A stretch of 64,000 nucleotides of DNA from a bacterium (GTDB taxonomy: Bacteria; UBA8248; JACPRG01; G963555815), in the NCBI GenBank assembly GCA_965261595.1, contig CBDHDG010000007.1:576001-640000 (forward strand), read 5' to 3'. The notes under the pieces were generated by a model, which was given only the letters and a program-made list of their open reading frames with translations, did no database searches and was not told the DNA's origin. Shown here piece by piece: positions 1-9,745 of the stretch. Position 1 is the stretch's first letter, and every line of letters begins with the position of its first letter. A program made the translations under genes and the position numbers.

Positions 1-363
1 GAGTGCGGGGCCTGCACGGTCCACATGGACGGCCTGCCCGTCTGCTCGTGCTCGATCCTCGCCGTGGACGCCGACCGAAAGAGCGTGACGACCATCGAGG
101 GCCTCGTTCAGGACGGCAAGCTTCACCCGCTTCAGGAGACCTTCGTGAAATACGGGGCCATCCAGTGCGGCTACTGCACGCCCGGCCAGATCATGTGCGG
201 CGTGGCCCTGCTGAACGAAAACCCCAGCCCCACCGACGCCGAAGTCCGCCTGTGGATGTGCGGCAACCTGTGCCGCTGCACCGGATACCAGAAAATCCGA
301 GAGGCCATCCACGAGGCCGGCAAGACCCTCTCGGGGGGAGGGGGGGGGAGCGAATCGGCATGA
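1..363 (+). CDS. (2Fe-2S)-binding small subunit of a xanthine dehydrogenase-family Mo-hydroxylase (5' partial)
   Basis: Frame from position 1 reads ECGACTVHMDG...IQCGYCTPGQ...GNLCRCTGY; stop overlaps the next ATG (ATGA at 360-363). Confidence 0.93.
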   Translation, partial: ECGACTVHMDGLPVCSCSILAVDADRKSVTTIEGLVQDGKLHPLQETFVKYGAIQCGYCTPGQIMCGVALLNENPSPTDAEVRLWMCGNLCRCTGYQKIREAIHEAGKTLSGGGGGSESA

Positions 364-2687
364 GCGAATTCTCCGTCATCGGCACGCGGGCCTCCAACAT
401 CGAGGCCGCCGAAAAGTCGCGGGGCGGCGGGCGGTACGTCTCGGACCAGATCCTCCCCGGCATGCTCTGGGGAAAGATCCTCCACAGCCCTTTTCCCCAC
501 GCGAAAATCCTAAACATCGACACCTCCCGCGCGGAAGCGCTGCGCGGCGTCCGGGCGGTCGTCACCGCGGCGGACACCCTCAAGAGAACCTACGGCGCCA
601 TCCAGCCCGACGAACCCATCCTGGCGGTGGACAAGGTCCGGTTCGCGGGAGATGAAGTCGCGGCCGTGGCCGCGGCCGACCCCGACACGGCGGAAGAGGC
701 CCTGGAGCTCATCCAGGTCGAGTACGACCCCCTGCCCACATACGGAAACATGGAAGAAGCCCTGGCGGCCGGCGGGGCCGGGGGGGAGGGGGGCGAGCCC
801 ATCCACGAGGACAAACCCGACAACATCGCCTACAACCTGAACCTCACCCGGGGGGACGTGGACGCGGCCATGGCCGCGGCGGACGTGATCATCGAAAACG
901 AGGTCCGCACCTCCCTGGTTCACCAGGCCTACATGGAGCCCATCGCGGCCGTGGCCGATTGGGCGCCGGGCGGCAGGCTCACCCTTCACGCCTCGGTTCA
1001 GAACCCCGGGATGGTCCGCTTCGTCTACGGGCCGGCCTTGGGCATCGACCCGGCCGACATCCGGATCATCCAGTCTTTCATCGGCGGCGCCTTCGGCTCC
1101 AAGTTCGAGCACAGCGTCCACCTCATCGCCGCCCTCCTCTCCCGCAAGACGGGCAAGCCCGTCCGCCTCGTCTATACGCGGGAAGAAGAGTTCCTGGCCG
1201 CGCGCCCCCGCCTGCCCATGAACCTTTCCGTGCGCCTGTGCGGGATGAAGGACGGGACGATCACGGCCAAGGCCATGGACTTCATCGCCGACAACGGGGC
1301 CTACAGCGATTACGGCGTCGCCATCGCCGGGACCACCGCCTACCGGATGGACCAGTGCTACCGCGTCCCGAACCTCCGCTCCAACCTCCGGCTGGTCTAC
1401 ACCAACCGCGCCCCGACCGGGGCCTACCGGGGATTCGGCAACCCGCAGGGAAACCTGGCCCTGGACACCTCGATCGACATGTTCGCCGAGGAGATCGGCC
1501 TGGACCCGGCCGAGGTGAGGCTGAAGAACATCGTCCGGACGGGCGACGTCACCTCCTTCGGATGGAAGATGAACAGCGCCGGGGGGGCCGAATGCATCGA
1601 GAAGTCCGTCGAGGCGTCGGGCTGGGCGGAAAAGCGGAAGCGGTTCGCCGGGCAGACCGGAACGAAGAAACGCGGCATCGGGATCTCGGCCTGCATCCAC
1701 GTCTCCGGCAACCGGGGGATCTTCAAAGAGTTCGACGGCTCCTCGGCCATCCTCAGGCTCTCGGAAAACGGCAAGCTTCTCGTCATCTCCGGCGAGGTGG
1801 ACTACGGCCAGGGCAGCCGGACGGTCATGGCCCAGGTGGCGGCCGAGGTCATGGGCATGCCGCTGGAGGACGTGTCGGTCTCCAATGTAGATACGGACGT
1901 GACGCCGCTCTGTCTCGGCGCGTTCGCGACGCGGACGACGACGGTCGCGGGCCTCGCGGTCATCGACGCGGCCTCCAAAGTCAGGAAGGATCTCCTGGAA
2001 ATCGCCGCGGAGCTTCTCGAGGCGTCCCCTGAGGATCTCGATATCCGGGACGGCCGGGTGTTCGTCCGCTCGGCCCCGGACCGGACCCGGTCCGTCCGGG
2101 AAGTCGCCCACCACGCCGTTTTCATGAAGAACGCCGGCAACCCCATCGTCCAAAAGGGCGAGTACAACGCCGACAAGGCGGGGGTCGAGTATCCCGATCC
2201 CGTCACGAAGCACGGGAACCTGTCCACGGCGTATCCCTTCGCGGCCCACGTCGCCGAGGTCGAGGTGGACGAGGAGACCGGCACGGTTCACGTCGTCGGC
2301 TTCTGGGGGGCGCACGACGTCGGACGGGTCATCAATCATCTGATGGCGGAAGGCCAGGTCGAAGGCGGGTTCGCCCAGGGGATGGGTTACGCCCTCATGG
2401 AAGACCTCCGGTACTCGGACGGGATCGTCGAGAACCCCAACTTCTACGACTACCGCATCCCGACCCAGTTGGATGTGCCCGATCGCATCGAGTCCCTCTG
2501 GGTGGAAACCAACGACCCGCTTGGCCCCTTCGGCGCGAAGGGGATCGGCGAACCGAGCCTGGTGCCCGTGGCGGCGGCCATCACGAACGCGATCCACAAC
2601 GCCGTCGGCATCCGCATCCACGATATGCCCTTCTCCCCCGAGAAGGTCCTCGCGGCCTTGGAGGCGCAAGCCTCGAACGGCGGGTAG
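360..2687 (+). CDS. Xanthine dehydrogenase-family molybdopterin-binding large subunit
   Basis: Motifs HQAYMEP, GGAFGSK, AYRGFG, GQG, GAKGIGE (catalytic Glu); no CODH AYxCSFR loop. Confidence 0.93.
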   Translation: MSEFSVIGTRASNIEAAEKSRGGGRYVSDQILPGMLWGKILHSPFPHAKILNIDTSRAEALRGVRAVVTAADTLKRTYGAIQPDEPILAVDKVRFAGDEVAAVAAADPDTAEEALELIQVEYDPLPTYGNMEEALAAGGAGGEGGEPIHEDKPDNIAYNLNLTRGDVDAAMAAADVIIENEVRTSLVHQAYMEPIAAVADWAPGGRLTLHASVQNPGMVRFVYGPALGIDPADIRIIQSFIGGAFGSKFEHSVHLIAALLSRKTGKPVRLVYTREEEFLAARPRLPMNLSVRLCGMKDGTITAKAMDFIADNGAYSDYGVAIAGTTAYRMDQCYRVPNLRSNLRLVYTNRAPTGAYRGFGNPQGNLALDTSIDMFAEEIGLDPAEVRLKNIVRTGDVTSFGWKMNSAGGAECIEKSVEASGWAEKRKRFAGQTGTKKRGIGISACIHVSGNRGIFKEFDGSSAILRLSENGKLLVISGEVDYGQGSRTVMAQVAAEVMGMPLEDVSVSNVDTDVTPLCLGAFATRTTTVAGLAVIDAASKVRKDLLEIAAELLEASPEDLDIRDGRVFVRSAPDRTRSVREVAHHAVFMKNAGNPIVQKGEYNADKAGVEYPDPVTKHGNLSTAYPFAAHVAEVEVDEETGTVHVVGFWGAHDVGRVINHLMAEGQVEGGFAQGMGYALMEDLRYSDGIVENPNFYDYRIPTQLDVPDRIESLWVETNDPLGPFGAKGIGEPSLVPVAAAITNAIHNAVGIRIHDMPFSPEKVLAALEAQASNGG

Positions 2688-2821
2688 AATCAAGACCGCG
2701 GGGGGTGCTTTTTGAAAGGTGCCCCCCCGCTTCCCTCCCAAGGGTTGGGAACCCCCCCCGCAAAACTTTCATTTCGCGAAAAGGGGCGGCGCTTTTAGCG
2801 CCGCCCCTTTTCGCAAGAAGC
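2541..2821 (+). repeat. Direct repeat copy 1 (3' end of Mo-hydroxylase large subunit gene plus downstream hairpins)
   Basis: Aligns with 4898-5157 with a few substitutions and a ~21-bp indel. Confidence 0.92.
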
Positions 2822-2929
2822 CGATTGACCGGTCCGGGCGTAGTGCCCATGGGTTGAAAAATCCGTGGGCGACCCGCCACTGCGGGTAAACAGGAACTTT
2901 CCTTCGTAGCGACTGTCTACCTCGTTAAG

Positions 2930-3249
2930 GGTGAATTGCTTTGGGCTGCCATGGTTGCCCGGTTCGGACCATGGCATTGACGTTCCGCTACACTCCGCCG
3001 AACAAGGCGACCGGTGTGATCCCTGCGCAAGCGGAGTTCACACAAGGGCAATGACGAAGCCTCCAAACCTGCTGGAAAAGCTCGTTTACCCACAGGGATG
3101 GCATGATTTTCCAATGGCGATACCACTCAGGCCAGGCTTTCTTGTACACCAAACCTTGTTGACAGGTCTGGTGGTGAGGGGTCTAATCGACGTAACCAGC
3201 AACAATTGGTGGGTGCGGGCTCGCCCGAATTTGAAACGGGAAATTCCGG
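2930..3249 (+). mobile_element. IS1380-family right-end remnant
   Basis: 3030-3200 is homologous to the reverse complement of 14700-14870; ends in AAACGGGAAATTCCGG, similar to the IS1380 IRR CATCTGGGAAATCCCGG at 14642-14658; left boundary approximate. Confidence 0.7.
3159..3187 (+). promoter_or_regulatory. Outward-facing sigma70-like promoter in IS1380 right end
   Basis: TTGACA-N17-TCTAAT; the same boxes and spacing recur at 14708-14736 on the minus strand. Confidence 0.65.
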
Positions 3250-3377
3250 ATCATTGCGTTTTCGCTTCGAACGTTCGGGTCATGCCATGGAGTGACCTTG
3301 CTGTCGGATGGGGTTTGGGAAACCCTCCATGGGTCAAGCGCCCGGCTTCCCGAAGGACCGACAAGGCCTATTCGAAA

Positions 3378-4898
3378 TGACTTCGAATTCTGTGGATGAT
3401 CCAGACTTCGGCCCTTCCGAGAAATTAAAAGTCCTCCTTGTGGAAGACGAAGAGTACGCCGGGAGGTTCATCCCTTGGTCATCCTGGACTGGGTTCTGCC
3501 CGGGATGAGCGGTGTGGAATTGTGCCGCCACATGCGTGAAGAACCATACGGCGAAACCAGTGTCATTTTGATGGTCACCGTCCGCAATCATCCCGATGAG
3601 CTTCAGGAAATCCTCGAGGCGGGGGCCGACGATTACCTGTCCAAGCCGGTCAATCTCGGCCTGTTGGACGTCCGGCTCACCATTGCCGAACGGGGGGTGA
3701 AGAACCATGCCTTGCGGAAACAAGTGGAAAAGGAAAGGAGGCATCTGGAGGCGCAGATCCAGCACACCCAAAAACTGGACGGTCTGGGTGTCTTGGCCGG
3801 AGGCATCGCGCACGACTTCAACAACCTGCTCACGAGCATCGTCGCCTATGCGGGTATGGCCAGGATGGAATTGCCTTCGGATTCACCCGTCCGGCCGAAC
3901 ATCGAGCAGATCGAAACCGCGGGTCAGCGCGCCGCTGAGCTCACCAATCAACTGTTGACCTATTCGGGGAAGAGACAGTCCGTCAAGGAGCCGCTCGATC
4001 TTTCCCACCTCATCGATGAAATGGGGCATCTTCTGAAAACCGTCATCTCCAAGGGCGCCGTCCTCGAATATCACTTCCGCGACGATCTTCCCGCAATCAA
4101 AGGGGACAGCTCACAGGTTTGCCAGGTGGTCATGAGCCTGATCACCAACGCCTCCGAAGCCCTCGGGGAAAAGAACGGCATCATCCGAATAAGCTCCGGG
4201 ATCCTGGAGGCTGATCGTCCTATCTCTCCGAAATCCTTCTCGGTGAGGACTTGCCCGATGGTCGTTACGTATTCCTGGAGGTCTCCGACACCGGGGTCGG
4301 GATGGATGAGGAGATCAAATCGAGGATCTTCGATCCCTTCTTCACGACAAAATCCACAGGACACGGGTTGGGTCTGGCCACACTGTTCGGAATTATCCGT
4401 GGGCACCAAGGGGCCATTGAGGTTCAAAGCGAGCCCGGCCGCGGCACCTCGTTCAAGGTGCTGTTCCCCTGCATGGAGGCGCCCGGAACCGTCCGCGCCG
4501 AAACTTCCAGCAAGGTCCAGGACTGGCGGGGAAGCGGCGCCATCCTCGTCATTGACGACGAGGAAGGGGTGCGTGCGGTCCTCAAGATAATGCTGGAAAA
4601 ATTCGGATTCACTACCCTGACCGCGAGTGACGGACCGGAGGGCGTAGAGATTTTCCGGAGGCACGTGGACGAGATCAGAGCGGTCGTCCTCGATTTGACC
4701 ATGCCGCACATGAACGGCGAAGCGGTATTCAAGGAAATCCGCCGCATCCACCCCCAAGCGTGCGTGCTCCTATCCAGCGGCTACACCGAAGAGGACACCT
4801 CCAAACGATTCGCCGGAGACAGCCCGGCCGGCTTCATCCAGAAACCCTACGGACCCATGACCCTCATCAAAATGTTGCGAGAGGTATTCCAAGAGTAG
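3378..4898 (+). pseudogene. Hybrid REC-histidine kinase-REC protein, disrupted
   Basis: REC (VLLVEDE / VILDWVLP...KP) with internal deletion and frameshift ~3470; H-box AHDFNNLL; frameshift ~4218; G-boxes DTGVG, FFTTK, GHGLGL; C-terminal REC. Confidence 0.85.
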
Positions 4899-5157
4899 GG
4901 ATCGGCGAGCCGAGCCAGGCGCCCGTGGCGGCGGCCATCACGAACGCGAGCCACAACGCCGTCGGCATCCGCATCCACGATATGCCCTTCTCCCCCGAGA
5001 AGGTCCTCGCGGCCTTGGAGGCGCAAGCCTCGAACGGCGGGTAGAATCAAGACCGCGGGGGGCGCTTTTTGAAAGGCGCCCCCCCGCTCCCCCCCGCAAA
5101 ACTTTTGTTTGGCGAAAAGGGGCGGCGCTTTTAGCGCCGCCCCTTTTCGCAAGAAGC
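4898..5157 (+). repeat. Direct repeat copy 2 of 2541-2821
   Basis: Encodes GIGEPS...AVGIRIHDMPFSPEKVLAALEAQASNGG* with no upstream gene body. Confidence 0.92.
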
Positions 5158-5371
5158 AATTGTGTCATTTCTAGGCGCGGACGGGAAATCCAGGCCATCG
5201 GCGATGACGCCCGCTTCTGTAGGTCAATCACCCTATTTTCCGGATCTCAAAAGTAATGACCCATTGATTTTATTGCGATTCCGCCTTTGGGTTTGAATCG
5301 TACTTTTACATTGTTTAACCGCTCCTGGACCGCCCCTGGGTTATTGGACACTCGGGTGAGGGTATTCGACC

Positions 5372-6289
5372 TCATGCGGCCTCCGCAACTTGAGCGAGTT
5401 TTTCCTGCCTTGCCTGGGCCGGCGTTCGGTAGCCGTAGCCCTCGAGAATCCAATGATGGTTGTACAGGTTCTTGAACTCAAGCAGCGCCCACCGCAGTTC
5501 CTCTACGGTGGCGAAAGAGCGCACCCACAGGAGATTCTCCTTCAAGATGCGGATAAACCACTCACAGTAGCCATTTCCCTCGGGCGCCCGCACGAAGCTG
5601 GGCGAACTGGTCATGCCCAGGTAGGCGATCTCCCGCTGAAAGTCATCGGACAGATAGGCGGGGCCGTGGTCGTGACGAACTTTAAGCCCCTCGGCGACGT
5701 CCGCCTCCAAGCCGGCGAAGCGCTCGGCGACCCCCTGCCGGATCGGCTCCAGGGCCTCGAAGCGGTTGCCGCTCTTGGCCGCATGGATCCCCACGCAGTC
5801 CACCGAGCAGTGATCCACCGCCACGAACACCGAGGCCATCCCCTCCTCGGTGGTCACCGTCGTCGTCATGTCCGTGCCCCACATTCGGTCGGGCCGCTCG
5901 GTGCGGATGGTCCCGTTGTGGGCCTTGGGACCTCGGGGTTTGCCCACCCGGTGGGGGGCCTGAAGCCCCGCCTCCCGCATCAGGCGACGCACCCGCTCCT
6001 TGCTGGTGCGGATGCCCGCGAAGCGCAGCCTCGCCCACACCTTGCGGTAGCCCTCGCCATGGAAGGGAGAGTCCTCCAGGACCTGCCGGATGTGGCCGAG
6101 GAGTTCCGCATCGGTGCACGGGCCCACAGGGCCGCGCTTATTGGGCGTGGGGCGTTCATGAACGGGGACCGCCTCTCGCCGCCGTTGCGCGTAGACCGTG
6201 GAGCGCGCCAAGCCCCAAAGGGCGCACACCCGCTTCAGGCCGTAGGCTCTGCCCGTGGAGGTGAAGCGGGCCTGACTCATCGCCTCCAC
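5372..6289 (-). CDS. IS3-family transposase OrfB
   Basis: WGTDMT, DHCS, RHDHG, NGYCEWF DDE core; identical protein to 9733-10650. Confidence 0.92.
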   Translation of the reverse strand: MEAMSQARFTSTGRAYGLKRVCALWGLARSTVYAQRRREAVPVHERPTPNKRGPVGPCTDAELLGHIRQVLEDSPFHGEGYRKVWARLRFAGIRTSKERVRRLMREAGLQAPHRVGKPRGPKAHNGTIRTERPDRMWGTDMTTTVTTEEGMASVFVAVDHCSVDCVGIHAAKSGNRFEALEPIRQGVAERFAGLEADVAEGLKVRHDHGPAYLSDDFQREIAYLGMTSSPSFVRAPEGNGYCEWFIRILKENLLWVRSFATVEELRWALLEFKNLYNHHWILEGYGYRTPAQARQEKLAQVAEAA

Positions 6290-6691
6290 CTCCTGCCGGC
6301 TAAAGGGCGGCCGGCCTCCAGGCGGTCGATCTTCTCCCGCAGGACCTCGCCCTCCATCGTGAGTTCGCCCACCTTGGCCTTGAGCCGGGCGTTCTCCTCG
6401 TCCCGCTCATCCGCCGGGCGGGCTTTGAGCGCCGCCTCGCCCGCGCGAAGGAACGCCTCGCGCCAGGCGGAAAGCCGAGCCGCTGTCGTGCCCAACTCGC
6501 GGCAGAGCGTCTCCAGGCTCTCGCCCCGCAAAAGACGCAGGACCGCCTCCCGCTTGCGCCTGGCAGGAGAACCGACCCCGCTCACTGCGATGCCCTGGGG
6601 CCTTGGCTCCGTTCGCCCTGCGGGCGCCCTCCGCCAAAGCCCCCTCTTGCTTTTGTTCGTTCATCGCGACACCCCTTTCTCCATGAATCAT
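6277..6691 (-). pseudogene. IS3-family OrfA, frameshifted
   Basis: Same as 9332-9745 but with an extra base (gcttgcgcctggc vs gcttgcgctggc). Confidence 0.8.
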
Positions 6692-6989
6692 GGATCAATC
6701 GAGTGTCCAACAAAACCCTAGAGCGGGGGACTCCACCCTCCGGAAAAGACATCGCCGCACCGTTCCCTGTCCCAATCCAAACAATTTTTCATTCCAGCGG
6801 GTGCAATCCATTTATCGAAATTAATACGAAATCAATCTCCCGGCAACCCTTTTTTCGATCCGAGTGGAAGAGCGGGACCTCCTAATCGGCAAACCAATGC
6901 CGGGCGGGGACCCTCCACCTCCGCGGAATGCAGGCTTGGACCCACCTGGAGTTGACCCGGTTTGGTTGACACCATATTTATTTGGGAAT

Positions 6990-7090
6990 TAAGTATGGTG
7001 TCCCCTTAATTTCCCTCCCCTTAATTTCCCCGAATCTAGGGACACCATACTTATTTCTCAAAAGTGAAGAATCCAGTATGGTGTCCCTGG
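6990..7090. repeat. REP-like inverted repeat cluster
   Basis: AAGTATGGTGTCCC ... GGGACACCATACTT inverted pair plus a third GTATGGTGTCCC at ~7076. Confidence 0.6.
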
Positions 7091-7140
7091 AATCCTTCCG
7101 GGTGACCTGGGGCCGGACGCTGTTTAAGTAAGGAAGGCCG

Positions 7141-7461
7141 GTGGCGAACGAAGAGCATCTCGCCATGCTCAAAGAAGGCATTGGCGTCTGGCTTGAATGG
7201 CGGCAAAATCACCCTGACATCAGGCCGGACCTCAACGGGGCGGACCTCGGATGGGAGAACCTCGGCTGGACGGACCTCCGAGGGGCGGACCTCGGCGACG
7301 AGAACCTCCAGGAGGCCAACCTCGAAGGGGCCTTCCTCCAGGGGGCCAACCTCCGCGGGGCCGACTTGAGGAATGTTGAAGGACTCACCAAAGAGCAAAT
7401 CGAGTCGGCGGACATAGACGACGAAACCAAACTCCCGGACGGGCTCAGACCGTCCGAATGA
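7141..7461 (+). CDS. Pentapeptide repeat protein
   Basis: A(D/N)Lxx repeats, N-terminal EEHL...GIGVWLEWR, C-terminal LTKEQIESA...TKLP. Confidence 0.85.
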   Translation: MANEEHLAMLKEGIGVWLEWRQNHPDIRPDLNGADLGWENLGWTDLRGADLGDENLQEANLEGAFLQGANLRGADLRNVEGLTKEQIESADIDDETKLPDGLRPSE

Positions 7462-7606
7462 TCCACCCCGTGATTCCGAACCGACCTCAGTCTGAGTGAG
7501 AAGGGTATGTTTGAGATCGGCAAGACCTGCAAGGTCAACGTCAAGTCCGGCCGGGCCGATGGGCCGGGTGATCTCGAGTTGCACGAGGTTTGAGTGAGGA
7601 GGGCCA

Positions 7607-7942
7607 GTGGTGAACGAAGAGCATCTCGTCAAGCTCACAGAAGGCGTTAACGTCTGGAATGAATGGCGGAAGAATTCCCCTGACATCAGGCCGGACCTCA
7701 GGGGGGCGAAGCTAAAGGGTGTCAACCTCAGGGGGGCGGAGCTAAAGGGTGTCAACCTCCAAGGGGCCCAACTCCAAGAGGCCAACTTCCGGTGGGGCCA
7801 ACTCCAGGGGGCCAACCTCTGTGGGGCCAACCTCCAGGGGGCCGACTTGAGGGATGTTGAAGGACTCACCAAAGGGCAAATCGAGTCGGCGCGCATAGAC
7901 GACAAAACCAAACTCCCGGACGGGCTCAGACCGTCCGAATGA
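7607..7942 (+). CDS. Pentapeptide repeat protein (tandem paralog)
   Basis: Same architecture as 7141-7461 with a near-identical C-terminus. Confidence 0.85.
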   Translation: MVNEEHLVKLTEGVNVWNEWRKNSPDIRPDLRGAKLKGVNLRGAELKGVNLQGAQLQEANFRWGQLQGANLCGANLQGADLRDVEGLTKGQIESARIDDKTKLPDGLRPSE

Positions 7943-8036
7943 TCCGAACGGTGATTCCGAACTATTGAAGATGGCATAAATTTTGTCCTACTCGGAGCGG
8001 TTCAACGAATAGTCCGGAGGATTCGCCGACACTTAT

Positions 8037-8174
8037 GGGGCGGGTACGGAGCCCCGCCCCTACGCGCGATTGTACAATGGACATGTAGGGGCTGGGCGCG
8101 AGTCGGTTGACTCCTGTACCGGCCCTTTCACGCGATCCGCAGATAGGTCATTGATAATACAGGGATCAATAGCC
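8037..8174. repeat. GTAG-type REP/REPIN-like element
   Basis: GGGGCGGGTACGGAGCCCCGCCCCTAC...GTAGGGGCTGGG; ~125 bp shared with 25987-26109. Confidence 0.75.
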
Positions 8175-8206
8175 TCCGTTTGAGTGAGAAGGGTTTTGGC
8201 TCGGCC

Positions 8207-9052
8207 CTACAAGACGCTTCGCAGGTATTCCCTGAACGGCCCCGCCAGCTCCGGACGGCTCAGGGCGACCCGGGTGATCGCCTTGAGGTAGCCGAGGGGC
8301 TTGCCCACGTCCAGCCGTTCGTCCCGGGAGATCTTCGCCGCCACCCGGCCCCGCGCGGCGAGACGGTTGATGGCGCGGGGCTGGACGACTTCCGGGTCCG
8401 GCGTGTCGTCCCAGCAGGCGCGGATGGCCGGGAAAATCTCCCGCGTGAACAGATACCGCCCCAGGACGCCGTACCGGCTCGGGGCGTTATCGCGGCCCGG
8501 CTTCTCGACGATTCTCCGGATGCGCGCCGGGTCCTTCCGGAAATCCCCCTCGACCAGCGCCAGGTGGTCCAACTCCGATTCCTCGCACCGAAAGAGCGAA
8601 AGGACCGTCTTTCCGGTCTTCTTGTGGGCTTGGATCAGGGTCCGGGTCAACGGTGTGCGGGAAAGGACCACGTCGTCCGGGTGCGCCGCGACGAAGGGCT
8701 CTTTTCCAACGAACGACTCGCAGCAAAGAAGGGCGTCCGCCGTCCCGAGCATTTCCTTTTGCCGGACAAACGTGATCGACGCCTCGGGCGGCTCGATCTT
8801 CGCCAGCAGGTCCTTCCGCCGCTTCGCCTTGAGGGAGGCCTCCAGCTCGATCTCCCGGTCGAAGTAATCCTCCAGGGCCTTCTTGCGCCGGTTGGTGACG
8901 ATCAGGATCTCCCGGACGCCGGACCGAATGAATTCCTCCACGATCAACTGAATGGCGGGCGTATCCACCAGCGGCAGCAGCTCTTTCGGGACTGTTTTCG
9001 TGACCGGAAGGAGCCGGGTTCCGTATCCCGCGGCCAGAATCACGCCCTTCAT
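8207..9052 (-). CDS. galU: UTP--glucose-1-phosphate uridylyltransferase family nucleotidyltransferase
   Basis: ILAAGYGTRLLPVTKTVPKELLP, VRQKEMLGTADA, VEKP. Confidence 0.85.
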   Translation of the reverse strand: MKGVILAAGYGTRLLPVTKTVPKELLPLVDTPAIQLIVEEFIRSGVREILIVTNRRKKALEDYFDREIELEASLKAKRRKDLLAKIEPPEASITFVRQKEMLGTADALLCCESFVGKEPFVAAHPDDVVLSRTPLTRTLIQAHKKTGKTVLSLFRCEESELDHLALVEGDFRKDPARIRRIVEKPGRDNAPSRYGVLGRYLFTREIFPAIRACWDDTPDPEVVQPRAINRLAARGRVAAKISRDERLDVGKPLGYLKAITRVALSRPELAGPFREYLRSVL

Positions 9053-9331
9053 GGAAAAACTCCGATTGGAGAAGATTCACGCCCGGACCGGGCGGTCCAT
9101 CACCGGCGGCGTCCGGCTTCAGTTCCATTCTGGACTCTACACCACGCACTCTGTTATTCCAAGATGAGCGGCCACGGAGGGGGGAACCTGGATTTCTCAC
9201 AAGTAAGGACGGTTCAGCGGTTTTCATTCGAGAAATTCTTTGAAGATCAACCGATTGGCGGAGAGATGGAAACCGAGGCGAGTGTAACACCCTCCCCCGC
9301 TCTAGGGTTTTGTTGGACACTCGATTGATCC

Positions 9332-9745
9332 ATGATTCATGGAGAAAGGGGTGTCGTGATGAACGAACAAAAGCAAGAGGGGGCTTTGGCGGAGGGCGCC
9401 CGTAGGGCGAACGGAGCCAAGGCCCCAGGGCATCGCAGTGAGCGGGGTCGGTTCTCCTGCCAGCGCAAGCGGGAGGCGGTCCTGCGTCTTTTGCGGGGCG
9501 AGAGCCTGGAGACGCTCTGCCGCGAGTTGGGCACGACAGCGGCTCGGCTTTCCGCCTGGCGCGAGGCGTTCCTTCGCGGGGGCGAGGCGGCGCTCAAAGC
9601 CCGCCCGGCGGATGAGCGGGACGAGGAGAACGCCCGGCTAAAGGCCAAGGTGGGCGAACTCACGATGGAGGGCGAGGTCCTGCGGGAGAAGATCGACCGC
9701 CTGGAGGCCGGCCGCCCTTTAGCCGGCAGGAGGTGGAGGCGATGA
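9332..9745 (+). CDS. IS3-family transposase OrfA
   Basis: HTH (KREAVLRLLRGESLETLCRELG) and leucine-zipper-like C-terminus; true start may be 9359. Confidence 0.88.
   Translation: MIHGERGVVMNEQKQEGALAEGARRANGAKAPGHRSERGRFSCQRKREAVLRLLRGESLETLCRELGTTAARLSAWREAFLRGGEAALKARPADERDEENARLKAKVGELTMEGEVLREKIDRLEAGRPLAGRRWRR

Larger units (their letters stand above)
5326..6730 (-). mobile_element. IS3-family insertion sequence, copy 1
   Basis: OrfA (HTH) plus OrfB (rve DDE); imperfect IRs; 4-bp TSD CTCC at 5322-5325 and 6731-6734; 1-nt insertion in orfA near 6560. Confidence 0.93.

Noticed and set aside
510..2741. Long antisense/alternative-frame ORFs (also 32153-34027, 45986-47545, 56785-58110 and others)
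   Set aside because: Shadow ORFs of high-GC coding genes with no recognisable motifs
6977..7090. CRISPR array or other repeat-spacer array
   Set aside because: Only short inverted repeats without regular unique spacers; no cas genes in the window
7141..7942. Diversity-generating retroelement template/variable repeat pair
   Set aside because: Differences are not adenine-specific and no reverse transcriptase is present
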